From: a virus
Lineage: Duplodnaviria > Caudoviricetes
Direction: 5' to 3' (one strand)
Virus record (IMG/VR): IMGVR_UViG_3300007765_000007
Coordinates: 1-53,560 of that record
Length of the DNA: 53,560 bases
The translations under genes and the position numbers were made by a program. The notes beneath the pieces were generated by a model. That model was not told where the DNA came from, did no database searches, and saw only the letters and a list, made by a program, of their open reading frames with translations. Below, one piece after another: positions 8,917 through 17,831 of the stretch. Numbering within the stretch: the stretch's first letter is position 1; the number at the start of each line of letters is the position of its first letter.

Positions 8917-11900
8917 CTAACCGAACTTTAAAGTACCAAGTATTTGATTGATTGGTGCAAAACTTCCAGTAAATTTATATACCTTACCCTTGTATTTAAA
9001 TACAATACCTTCACTTGGAACAATTGCATCTAATCCACCGATTGCATTTAATTTCTCAATTTGTATTTTTAACTTTTTTAATTTATCTATATTACCAGGT
9101 TTTTGTAAATCTTTCATCGCACTAATAACTTCTTTTCTCATTTTCTGTACTGATTGTTTTGGTGATGCAGCCATATATCCTTGAATATTTTTTAATATTT
9201 CTGCACCTACACCAAAGAACAATACTTCAAATGGTTTTATATTTTGTTTAAAAATCTTTTGATGATCCATTTTATCCGTACTTAATATCCAATCTAAAAA
9301 TTTAGGATTATCTTTATAATCTTTTTTAATATCTCTTACCTTATATGATTTATCAAAGAATGCCCATCTATTAACCAAACTAACAAATTGGTTTGGTTTT
9401 AAACTAACTTTAAATTGTTTAGATGCATTGAATACATACTCTCTCCACCATGCTTCATGGTATTCACCTAACCTATCATTATCTTTCAATCCATACTGAG
9501 ATTGTAATTTTTTCAATTGTCCTAAAAATTTATTTTTCATCTTATTAAAATTTTGATGTTTAGGTACAGTTAAGAAATTTGGTTTTCCAATTTTAAACAT
9601 TGATTGTATATGTTGATTCATTTGTTTAATCATACCTGCCAACATACGAGCTGAATCTTTTGGTTGTCCAATTGGTTTTCCACTTTCATCATACTCTAAT
9701 GTACCATGAAATACTATTTCTGCCACATCATAATCTACTACATTTGCAGTTTTAGGATACATAACCTCTAAATTCATCCACTTACTACCATTTCCAAAAA
9801 CTTTTTCTTTTTGTTTATCACTTAAACTACCAATGGCTTTTTCTAAATTTTTCATCGCACCTACAAAAGCCTTTTCAATTTCACCTCTACCACTAAACAT
9901 ACTTTTTATACCACTCGTGGTAGGTGCAGTTTTACCATGATTTTTCAAATGTCCTTTATTTCGAGCTGCTCTTAACTTCCCATCAACCCAACTTACCATT
10001 AAGTTTTGTCCGTCAAGTTTCTCTGTAACTCCATCTTCTCTATCAAGAGTTCCACCTAACCCATCAATAATTATCTGTTTCAAATCTGAAAATGTAAGAT
10101 TATTGTCATCAAATGGATGACTCATATGTCCATAGGCTCCGCCCATAAGTAGTAACTCCTTTGTATCTTTTGTTATATCTATTTGTTCTTGTAATTTTTT
10201 AATTTTTTCAACACCTTTAGTAATATCTTTCATATCAAAAGTAGTTGAATCTTTAACTTTGGCTGTAGGTTTACCGAAGAATTTAACTATTTCCCAACCT
10301 AATTTATTTGCCATATTTGTCATATGTGCTCTGTACTTTGGATATGGATTATCAACACTATCTTCGTTTGATGTTTTTTGATTTATCGTTTTACCAAATG
10401 TAACTGTATCAACTCTATCTGCTACATATTGAAAATCGTATGCAGGGTCTGTTGCTCTCTTATAGTTTACAATATCACCAATTACTTCCCATCCCAATAT
10501 ATCTGCATGTTTTGGTGATACTCTTTTATAATCATCAAATGAATTAAAGAAATCATACAATCCCTCATCATCTAATATAGCAGCACTAAAGTGATGTCCA
10601 AGTGCACTTACTTCTTTTATTATATTTTTTATGTCTGGTTTATGATAAAACTCATATAATTTTTTAAACTTATTTGTCATCATTTGGTACACACCTTTAT
10701 TATAATATCCAAATAATTTCTTAAATAATTTTTCTCTTTGTGAATCGTTTAACTTAGGATGTCCTAAGATATCTCTCATTGTAGTTCCAGAAACTTCTTT
10801 ACCACCAACATTCATACTAATATGTGGAGCAGTTAAAATATATCCATGTTTCCACGCTGGTTCCAGATTACCTTTATTCTTTTTAAAATCTTGATAATAA
10901 GTTTTTCCACCACTTTTCTTCTTACCACCAGCCAATCTTCCTGCATCTTTTTTACCAAAGATATAAACCACTGCAGTAGTATCTTTATCAAACTTTTTTA
11001 ATGTATTGGATGCAACATATGGTACTTTTTCTTTTATAATTCTATTTGCAGGCACACCCATTTTAACCATATGACGAACTTTTTCTGTATAGTTCATGGG
11101 GTGTCTTGGTGGTTTTTTAATATCTGATGTAGTTATATACGCTACATCAACTTTGGATTGTAACCATTTAAAGGTTTTCAAATGGTGGGGCCCAAACGGC
11201 TGAAACCGTCCACCGTAAATACCTACGATTTTTTTAATTTTTGTTTTATCTTCTATCACATTGGATGTAAAATCCCCTTTCTCACTAATAGAATATACAA
11301 CATTTTCCATATATAAGTCAATCGTTTTTTCAAGATTTTCCATTTTTTTACTCGTATCAGTTTTCATAAATGGGCCTCTACGAAGTGTTCTAAATTTTAC
11401 TGGAACTTTTTGTCCAAAAAATTTTTTAGGTGCCAAGATTTTTAATGTAACCATATCTGTTTTATTATCAATTTTGACTAACTCAAAATCTATTTCTTTA
11501 TATTTTCTACCTTTATGTTTAAGATTAAATCCTGTTATATATCTATGAACCTTTCTACCTGATACTGCTTGTTTTGCTCTTTCATTTACATTTTCTGAGA
11601 ATTTTAACCTATTTTTTGCTAATGGTGATAACCATTTTATTTTAGCTCTTGATAATTTTTGTAAATTTCTTATTGTCATATTATCTAAATAATCAATTAA
11701 ATTTTTATATGCACTTCCTGATGGATTTATTCCTTTAACAGATGCATACATTGTTCTTAACATTTCTATGTGTGTAGGTGAAATATCTATTTCTTTTAAA
11801 ATCTCTTCAGTTCTTTGTTGTCTTAATTTTTTCTTCCACTTCTTTCTACCTTTTGCACTTGGTGAGGGTATCACTCCTGCAGGTGCTCCAAACTCTTCTT

Positions 11901-12099
11901 CAACATTTTTTTTAATTATTCTGAATTTTAACGCGGGTCTCCCATTGATGAGTAAATCACCCTTTTCATTCCAATCAATAGATTTAACTACAACGGGCTT
12001 GTTTTTGAATCTACCCATTTTAACAGTATCACCAATCTCAATTGGTAAGTCTATACCTTCTAATAGTGGTTTGGTTAGCCATTTTGTTAATTGGGTCAT
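8917..12099 (-). CDS. Multidomain protein: cytidylyltransferase-like domain plus conserved T4-like C-terminal domain (DUF6267-like)
   Basis: GIYGGRFQPFGPHH (HIGH-superfamily-like), FGKKDAGRL, VSGTTMR. The C-terminal domain has GGAYGHMSHPFD, TEKLDGQN, SEGIVF and YKFTGSFAPINQ. Confidence 0.75.
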   Translation of the reverse strand: MTQLTKWLTKPLLEGIDLPIEIGDTVKMGRFKNKPVVVKSIDWNEKGDLLINGRPALKFRIIKKNVEEEFGAPAGVIPSPSAKGRKKWKKKLRQQRTEEILKEIDISPTHIEMLRTMYASVKGINPSGSAYKNLIDYLDNMTIRNLQKLSRAKIKWLSPLAKNRLKFSENVNERAKQAVSGRKVHRYITGFNLKHKGRKYKEIDFELVKIDNKTDMVTLKILAPKKFFGQKVPVKFRTLRRGPFMKTDTSKKMENLEKTIDLYMENVVYSISEKGDFTSNVIEDKTKIKKIVGIYGGRFQPFGPHHLKTFKWLQSKVDVAYITTSDIKKPPRHPMNYTEKVRHMVKMGVPANRIIKEKVPYVASNTLKKFDKDTTAVVYIFGKKDAGRLAGGKKKSGGKTYYQDFKKNKGNLEPAWKHGYILTAPHISMNVGGKEVSGTTMRDILGHPKLNDSQREKLFKKLFGYYNKGVYQMMTNKFKKLYEFYHKPDIKNIIKEVSALGHHFSAAILDDEGLYDFFNSFDDYKRVSPKHADILGWEVIGDIVNYKRATDPAYDFQYVADRVDTVTFGKTINQKTSNEDSVDNPYPKYRAHMTNMANKLGWEIVKFFGKPTAKVKDSTTFDMKDITKGVEKIKKLQEQIDITKDTKELLLMGGAYGHMSHPFDDNNLTFSDLKQIIIDGLGGTLDREDGVTEKLDGQNLMVSWVDGKLRAARNKGHLKNHGKTAPTTSGIKSMFSGRGEIEKAFVGAMKNLEKAIGSLSDKQKEKVFGNGSKWMNLEVMYPKTANVVDYDVAEIVFHGTLEYDESGKPIGQPKDSARMLAGMIKQMNQHIQSMFKIGKPNFLTVPKHQNFNKMKNKFLGQLKKLQSQYGLKDNDRLGEYHEAWWREYVFNASKQFKVSLKPNQFVSLVNRWAFFDKSYKVRDIKKDYKDNPKFLDWILSTDKMDHQKIFKQNIKPFEVLFFGVGAEILKNIQGYMAASPKQSVQKMRKEVISAMKDLQKPGNIDKLKKLKIQIEKLNAIGGLDAIVPSEGIVFKYKGKVYKFTGSFAPINQILGTLKFG

Positions 12100-12248
12100 T
12101 TTTTTAACTCTTGTTTAATTATTTCTCTAATCTTTTTAACTACAAGTCTTTCAGTTAAATTATCTTTAAGTTCCATTTTATCCCTTGAAGACATTCTTAA
12201 TCTTTTCTTTCCGATTTCTCTCGGTTCATCTATATGAAATGTTTTCAT
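12096..12248 (-). CDS. Small hypothetical protein
   Basis: Likely start MKTFHIDE at ATG 12248, just after the upstream stop. Ends KIREIIKQELKK, with an ATGA overlap into the next gene. Confidence 0.55.
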   Translation of the reverse strand: MKTFHIDEPREIGKKRLRMSSRDKMELKDNLTERLVVKKIREIIKQELKK

Positions 12249-12250
12249 AA

Positions 12251-12565
12251 TTATCTCGGTGGTTTTGATTCCCAAGGCCCCCAATGTGCACTTTTAACCA
12301 TTAATTTTGCTGCCTCTAAATATTTGTATTTATAAAGTGGATATCCTTTAACTGGTATTCCACCCAATTCATAATACCTTTTTTTAGATATTTTAATTTT
12401 ATTATCATTACTAAAATCTAATACCGTATTTCCCTTTTCAATCCAACAATGTCCAAATGGTTTCCCATCTCTCGCCATAATAGCAACTCCATGAACCAAT
12501 CGATAAGAATTATCCTTACCAATCATCCACCTACCATTTGCTGCGTAACAATCACCTTTAGGCAT
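12251..12565 (-). CDS. Small papain/transglutaminase-fold-like protein
   Basis: GDCY...LVHG...GHCWIE...VLD gives a candidate Cys-His-Asp triad. Confidence 0.55.
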   Translation of the reverse strand: MPKGDCYAANGRWMIGKDNSYRLVHGVAIMARDGKPFGHCWIEKGNTVLDFSNDNKIKISKKRYYELGGIPVKGYPLYKYKYLEAAKLMVKSAHWGPWESKPPR

Positions 12566-13047
12566 TATACTGACAACGCTCTCTTAAACCAACCAAACAA
12601 AAACTTCTCTTGTTCAGGTTTCTTATTTACTAAATCGTAGTAATGTTTCATTCTGTAACATCTTACTCTATCTAATGATGGTTTATATGTATCGAGTGCA
12701 CTTTTTGTACCTGGACCAAATCCACCATCAACTGCTAAATCAGCACCTTTACCATTACATGCTCGTTGTAAAATTCTTACGGCAGTTCCTCTACCTTGAT
12801 TCACACACATATCAAAAAAGATATGTTTTAAATCATCAGATAAATCATCTACCTTATTCTTATCCCAATAATCTCTTTTATAGATTTCTTTAGCACCTTC
12901 TTTAGTTAAATTCTTTATATCTACATCGGGATAGAATCTACCCGCGATACCAAAATTAGTCTCTCCACCTAAATCTTTTGGGTCGTGAACATAACCGCCT
13001 TCATGATGTAAAGTTACTTCTATAATTTCATCGAATGTAGTTAACAT
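12565..13047 (-). CDS. Endolysin, glycoside hydrolase family 108 with peptidoglycan-binding domain
   Basis: HEGGYVHDPKDLGGETNFGI, FDMCVNQG, VDGGFGPGT, FLFGWFKR. Start moved to ATG 13047, which has an AGGAG RBS. Confidence 0.9.
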   Translation of the reverse strand: MLTTFDEIIEVTLHHEGGYVHDPKDLGGETNFGIAGRFYPDVDIKNLTKEGAKEIYKRDYWDKNKVDDLSDDLKHIFFDMCVNQGRGTAVRILQRACNGKGADLAVDGGFGPGTKSALDTYKPSLDRVRCYRMKHYYDLVNKKPEQEKFLFGWFKRALSV

Positions 13048-13048
13048 T

Positions 13049-13783
13049 TTATTTTCTCCTAAGTAGTTTTTGTTTACTAACCCATAATCTTCCGATTTGG
13101 TTTTTGATGGGTTGGTTAACAAACTTTCTAACAACTTTAGTAACCAATGGAACAAATTTTGCCTCCGCTTGTTTTTCGTCTAAATGAACTGAATTGTCAA
13201 TTATCACGAAATTGTTTTTAAATAATGATTGGAAAGCACCAAGATTCTTCTGTACATCTTTCCAACTCTTCTCTAATAAATCTTCTGGTAAAACTCTATC
13301 TCTCAACTTGTTTCTTTTTTGTGCCACCTCTAATGATGTGTTTACCATACACATATAGGTATCATATCCCTCTGCTTCTAACTCTTTTTTCATAGAGTGT
13401 ATCTTACCAAAGTGATGTCCTGTACCATCTATAACCATTCCTAACTTACCTTGTCGATATAATTTCATTCTTTGTTTGGTAAGTGATTTTGAATACTTTC
13501 TCAATCCACTTGCATCTGGCCCATCACCTGTTAAGTTCTGAAATACTTCATCTGGCATCTTATCTAACTCTGTACCAAATCCGTATTTGTTTAATAAGTG
13601 TTTTAACTCTTTATCAGAATTAACCATTTTCATACCACTCATTGCTATATTAAATTTATCTGGAATACCAAATAGATTTTTTGCAATATAAGTTTTACCA
13701 CTTCCTGGACCACCTGCAAGAAATACTGCTTTGAATATACCTTTGTCTTGTACACCCTCAATAATATTTTGTAATTTAATCAT
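13049..13783 (-). CDS. Zeta-toxin-like / AAA_33 P-loop kinase
   Basis: AVFLAGGPGSGKT, VNSD, VIDGTG, AQKRNKLRDR. Confidence 0.8.
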   Translation of the reverse strand: MIKLQNIIEGVQDKGIFKAVFLAGGPGSGKTYIAKNLFGIPDKFNIAMSGMKMVNSDKELKHLLNKYGFGTELDKMPDEVFQNLTGDGPDASGLRKYSKSLTKQRMKLYRQGKLGMVIDGTGHHFGKIHSMKKELEAEGYDTYMCMVNTSLEVAQKRNKLRDRVLPEDLLEKSWKDVQKNLGAFQSLFKNNFVIIDNSVHLDEKQAEAKFVPLVTKVVRKFVNQPIKNQIGRLWVSKQKLLRRK

Positions 13784-13810
13784 TTAAATTTCCTGTGTAG
13801 TTTTACACTT

Positions 13811-13818
13811 ATAAATAT
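13811..13818 (-). promoter_or_regulatory. ATATTTAT motif, putative late promoter
   Basis: Lies in the 39-nt spacer upstream of the kinase-endolysin unit. Confidence 0.55.
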
Positions 13819-13822
13819 GAAT

Positions 13823-14212
13823 TTACCAAGTTTTAAGTCTTAATCTTCTTTTTCCCTCAAGTCCTTTTTTCCAACAAAAACCATGATTTCTCCACAATTT
13901 ATTACGATAGATTGGAACGATGGTGATACCAGAATAATAGTATGCGTGAAATCTATGCCACCCATCCATTATTTGATTCTTACCATTCACATAAATTGGT
14001 AATTCAATACCTTGATTGAGTAATTTCATAAAATATTCAAACAATGCCTTGTTTGTATTCTCACCAACACACTCACAAACTGGCCCGTCTTCTTCAGTTC
14101 GTGGTTTATCCCAATATTCTAATGGTTCTGTAATTTCTATATCAATATTATTTATATTCAAATAATATGGTGTAAATGGAAATAACTCTTCAAAAAATTC
14201 TTTCTCGTTCAT
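13823..14212 (-). CDS. ParB/Srx-like domain protein
   Basis: PIYV...IMDGWHRFHA motif. Confidence 0.65.
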   Translation of the reverse strand: MNEKEFFEELFPFTPYYLNINNIDIEITEPLEYWDKPRTEEDGPVCECVGENTNKALFEYFMKLLNQGIELPIYVNGKNQIMDGWHRFHAYYYSGITIVPIYRNKLWRNHGFCWKKGLEGKRRLRLKTW

Positions 14213-14982
14213 TTGTCATTACCTCTTGTAAGTTCAAGTATACGACTAGCATGTCCATAACCACCAGCAATTTTTGGCCTTTCAATATGAATATCTTGAT
14301 TGAAATTCAATTGTTCCAATAAACATTTTTCTTTTGTATCATCTTGTACATAAATATATTTCTCTTCTAATCTGTCCATCTTTATAAAATTTAAAATACA
14401 ATCTATCTGTAAATTTGTTAATGGTTTCCAAGCTTGAATTTCCCAATAACATTTATGCATACACCGATGGTCACCACATTTAACAGGACATTTGGAAGGT
14501 TCAACTGTATCTGGTGTTCTCTCGCCCTTTTTGTGGGCCTTGTACACAAGCTCCTGTGCTGCAATATAACTTGTTCTTACTAATCCTAAATCAAAACAAA
14601 TATGATGCATAAATGTGTCATTATGATTTTCTCCTGTTATATTTACAGTTGATTTATAAAATTCTTTAGGAATTCTTGGTATACGGGTTGATGGAAATTT
14701 ACATTTAAAATATTCATCTGATAGTTTTGGGTGAAAATATTTTTTTCTTAACATATTTTTTTCAATATCACCACATTGTTGAAATAGATTTATAAATGTT
14801 TGCTGTAACATTCTATGGTGATCACTTTCACTGGATCTATCACTTTTACCAAGTTCAAGTGTAAGATTCTTATGGTACTGAAAAATAGGATTTCCATTTG
14901 GTGTTATCCATCTTAAATACCTTATAGTGTTACCCTCATCCACATAAATTTCTTCCAGTGAATTTATTATCCTATCATTCAT
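14209..14982 (-). CDS. Hypothetical protein with Cys/His cluster
   Basis: CPVKCGDHRCMHKC. ATGA overlaps on both sides. Confidence 0.65.
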   Translation of the reverse strand: MNDRIINSLEEIYVDEGNTIRYLRWITPNGNPIFQYHKNLTLELGKSDRSSESDHHRMLQQTFINLFQQCGDIEKNMLRKKYFHPKLSDEYFKCKFPSTRIPRIPKEFYKSTVNITGENHNDTFMHHICFDLGLVRTSYIAAQELVYKAHKKGERTPDTVEPSKCPVKCGDHRCMHKCYWEIQAWKPLTNLQIDCILNFIKMDRLEEKYIYVQDDTKEKCLLEQLNFNQDIHIERPKIAGGYGHASRILELTRGNDK

Positions 14983-16019
14983 ATCAATAATTCCTTCATA
15001 AACTTTTCTTTAGTTATATTTGGTTGTATCGTTAATCTACACCAATTTTTTCTATTATCGTGTGGTACTGAACAATACTTAACCAAAACTTTATGTTTTT
15101 CAAAAATTTTAATTGTATCTATATTATCAACTTCATTATTAAAATGTATCCAATTACAATTAGAATCTATAACATCATAATCACTTAACATTGAAATTAA
15201 TTTTTTCTTTTCCTCAATAACTTGCTCAATATAATCCTTGACTATATTTGGATTATTTAATATAAATTCACAATACTTCATAGATACGCCTGTAATTTCA
15301 TACATTTGTCTAAATTTTGAAATCAATTCAATATTATCTTTGTGTGAAAATACCACCCCAACACGACAGCCTGCTGCTCCAAATGCTTTTGAAAATGTTC
15401 TCGTTACGATTAAGTTTGGATAATCATCAATATACTTTATCATACTTTCATTATTCGTGAACTCTATATAAGCCTCATCAATCACAACTGGTAAATTATA
15501 TTTCTTTACAAATTGATTATCAAAAATACTTAAAATTTCTTCGTGAGATTTAAGTTCACCCATTGGACTATTTGGATTTGCCAATACTACAAGACCTGTA
15601 TGATTATTAATCGTATCCTTAAACTTTTCAATGTCAATTGTATAATCTTTTTCGTGTTCAACTGTTTTTACATAACATTGTTCAAGTTCAGTATAAACTT
15701 GATACATCGGAAAACTCGGTGTTGTTGATACTATATTTTGATAGTCATCTAAAAAAGCTTCAAATATACACCTCAATCCAAAATCAGAACCATTACATAA
15801 AAATAACTGATTTACATCTACTTGACAGTAACTACTCAGTTGTTTTTTAAATTTTTCTGTATTTGGATAATACATAAAATCTTCTTGAGTTATAGTCTGT
15901 AGAAATGCTTTAAAACCAGGTATTGGTGTGGTTCGTTCACTTTGATTCAATACATAATCATATTCAGATTTATCTATTGTATCGTATTTTCTTACTACAT
16001 CTTTTATATACTTTTTCAC
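14979..16019 (-). CDS. HisC/CobD-like PLP-dependent aminotransferase class I/II
   Basis: NGSD, LANPNSPMG, VIDEAYIEF, RTFSKAFGAAGCRVG (PLP lysine). Confidence 0.9.
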   Translation of the reverse strand: MKKYIKDVVRKYDTIDKSEYDYVLNQSERTTPIPGFKAFLQTITQEDFMYYPNTEKFKKQLSSYCQVDVNQLFLCNGSDFGLRCIFEAFLDDYQNIVSTTPSFPMYQVYTELEQCYVKTVEHEKDYTIDIEKFKDTINNHTGLVVLANPNSPMGELKSHEEILSIFDNQFVKKYNLPVVIDEAYIEFTNNESMIKYIDDYPNLIVTRTFSKAFGAAGCRVGVVFSHKDNIELISKFRQMYEITGVSMKYCEFILNNPNIVKDYIEQVIEEKKKLISMLSDYDVIDSNCNWIHFNNEVDNIDTIKIFEKHKVLVKYCSVPHDNRKNWCRLTIQPNITKEKFMKELLI

Positions 16020-16120
16020 TTGTAGATAAATGGGTCTTTCTTACGAAGTTCTCGTAACTTTTTTTTAAATAGTTTATCTTCTCTACGCTTTTTAAACCAA
16101 TTTATTATTTTTTTAATCAC
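16016..16120 (-). CDS. Unannotated 34-aa basic peptide MIKKIINWFKKRREDKLFKKKLRELRKKDPFIYK
   Basis: GGAG lies 6 nt upstream of the GTG at 16120. Its TGA overlaps the GTG start of the aminotransferase, and it fills the only large gap in the operon. Confidence 0.85.
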   Translation of the reverse strand: MIKKIINWFKKRREDKLFKKKLRELRKKDPFIYK

Positions 16121-17831
16121 TGCTATCTCCTTTAAATATTTTTTGGATTCCTTCTTTACTTATTTTTTCATTTATAAGATTTTTTTCAGATAAAACATTT
16201 ATCTCCTTTTCATATTCAAGATAAGTAGATTTATTGTTATTCATACTATCCCAAAAATCATTATGACTTATATTAGGAAAATCATCTGGTTTTACCATCA
16301 TTATTTTTTTCTCTATATTCTCAACGAAATAATATTCCATTACTTTAAAACTTTTTGCATTTAGTCTACTACGAAGATTCAAATCATAAAAGTTATTCAT
16401 ATTTAATTCATCAACTATAAATATAACATCGGTATGTATCCACCTACATCCCAATTGTTTTAAGTAATGTTCTAAATGTGTTAAATACCCAAGTTTCTCA
16501 AACAAAAAATCCTTATCTCTACAATCAATAACCATTGTTCCTACAAACGATTCTGAAAATCTTAGAGTGTTTATTTCACGAATTATGTTTGTTACATCAT
16601 GCCAATTAAAACTTTTTAACTTTTGTAACCATTGATACAAATTAGTGTTTCTAATAATTTCGTAATCATTACTCCCACCAAAATTTAAAATATTGTAATA
16701 ATCCAATACAAAAGCATTTACTTCCAATGAGTGATGTATTTTTTTGAATAAATCTTTGTAATAAAAAAAATGTATATTTGAATACACATCACTCGTCATT
16801 GAATTTGTAATTAAAAAATTATCATCTATGAATTTAAAAGTATCATTATACCTTGCGGTATCAGGAAACATAGTAGTGAATGTATCGAATTTTCTTCCTG
16901 ATACATTATTTTGATATTTAACAAATAAGTCATTTTCATCCCATATAGTATCCAATCTACTAATCAAAACCACATCATATACAAAATCATTTTTAATTTC
17001 ATGTCTTTGTTTCAATAAATTACACCGTTTCATTAAAAATGAATATCTATGATTATTAGAAAATACATTAGGTTGAACCTTTATTTGATGAATAAAAGAA
17101 TCCTCGTCTAATATTTCAATATCTTTTAAATTAGGAATAGTTTTTAAAGCATCCTCATAATTTGTTTCCCAAGTAGAAATAAAAAAGTCTATGTCATAAT
17201 CTGTATTTTTTATTACATAATCATAAAACTTTTTTGTAACTTCTAATGAACGAGATTCACCACTCAAACAGATAGCAACTCGTTTCTTATCCCTATAATA
17301 TCGTGGTGGAAAAGTCGTTTTTTCTATTTTTATTTCTCCAACATAATCTATATTTAAGTACACTCGTATTTTTGCTAACCAATGAATAAATATATCAGTT
17401 AGAGTTTGAGTTTTAGCGTGCACATTTATGTATCGTTGTTCACATATAGCTACAAAATTTGATTTCCAAAACTTACCAACTATATCGAAATCTATACTAT
17501 TACAATACCAAAATTTAAGACTAACCTTTCCATCTTTCGTTCCAAACATCTTTATATTTTTTAAATTTATTTGATTCAGATTTTTTGGATATGATAATTC
17601 TTCTTTAATGTCTGTTGATAAGAAATAGCAATATCTGTACTCTACTGGAGTTTCCAATTGAAGTTTATTTTTTATATAGATTGCCTCATCCAATCCTTTA
17701 AAAATATTTTCATTTTCTATATGTACAATGTTTAGTTCTACACCAAATGATTGTTTTATAAAATCAGCATACCGTTCTACTTCGCTTGAATTCTTAGAAC
17801 CACATACTATAAGTAAATCTCGTTGTATCAT
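16113..17831 (-). CDS. Putative glycosyltransferase-like protein (RVAxCxSG family), multidomain
   Basis: RVAICLSGESR, DFFISTW, KQRHEIKNDFVYDVVLISRLD. Paralogous to three other genes in the window. Confidence 0.6.
   Translation of the reverse strand: MIQRDLLIVCGSKNSSEVERYADFIKQSFGVELNIVHIENENIFKGLDEAIYIKNKLQLETPVEYRYCYFLSTDIKEELSYPKNLNQINLKNIKMFGTKDGKVSLKFWYCNSIDFDIVGKFWKSNFVAICEQRYINVHAKTQTLTDIFIHWLAKIRVYLNIDYVGEIKIEKTTFPPRYYRDKKRVAICLSGESRSLEVTKKFYDYVIKNTDYDIDFFISTWETNYEDALKTIPNLKDIEILDEDSFIHQIKVQPNVFSNNHRYSFLMKRCNLLKQRHEIKNDFVYDVVLISRLDTIWDENDLFVKYQNNVSGRKFDTFTTMFPDTARYNDTFKFIDDNFLITNSMTSDVYSNIHFFYYKDLFKKIHHSLEVNAFVLDYYNILNFGGSNDYEIIRNTNLYQWLQKLKSFNWHDVTNIIREINTLRFSESFVGTMVIDCRDKDFLFEKLGYLTHLEHYLKQLGCRWIHTDVIFIVDELNMNNFYDLNLRSRLNAKSFKVMEYYFVENIEKKIMMVKPDDFPNISHNDFWDSMNNNKSTYLEYEKEINVLSEKNLINEKISKEGIQKIFKGDSSD

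Noticed and set aside
13049-13783. Zeta/epsilon toxin-antitoxin module
   Set aside because: No antitoxin-like partner is recognisable. Only the kinase fold is supported.
13810-13817. TATAAATA on the plus strand as a canonical T4 late promoter for plus-strand genes
   Set aside because: No credible plus-strand gene lies downstream. Antisense transcription cannot be excluded, but placement upstream of minus-strand starts fits the opposite orientation better.
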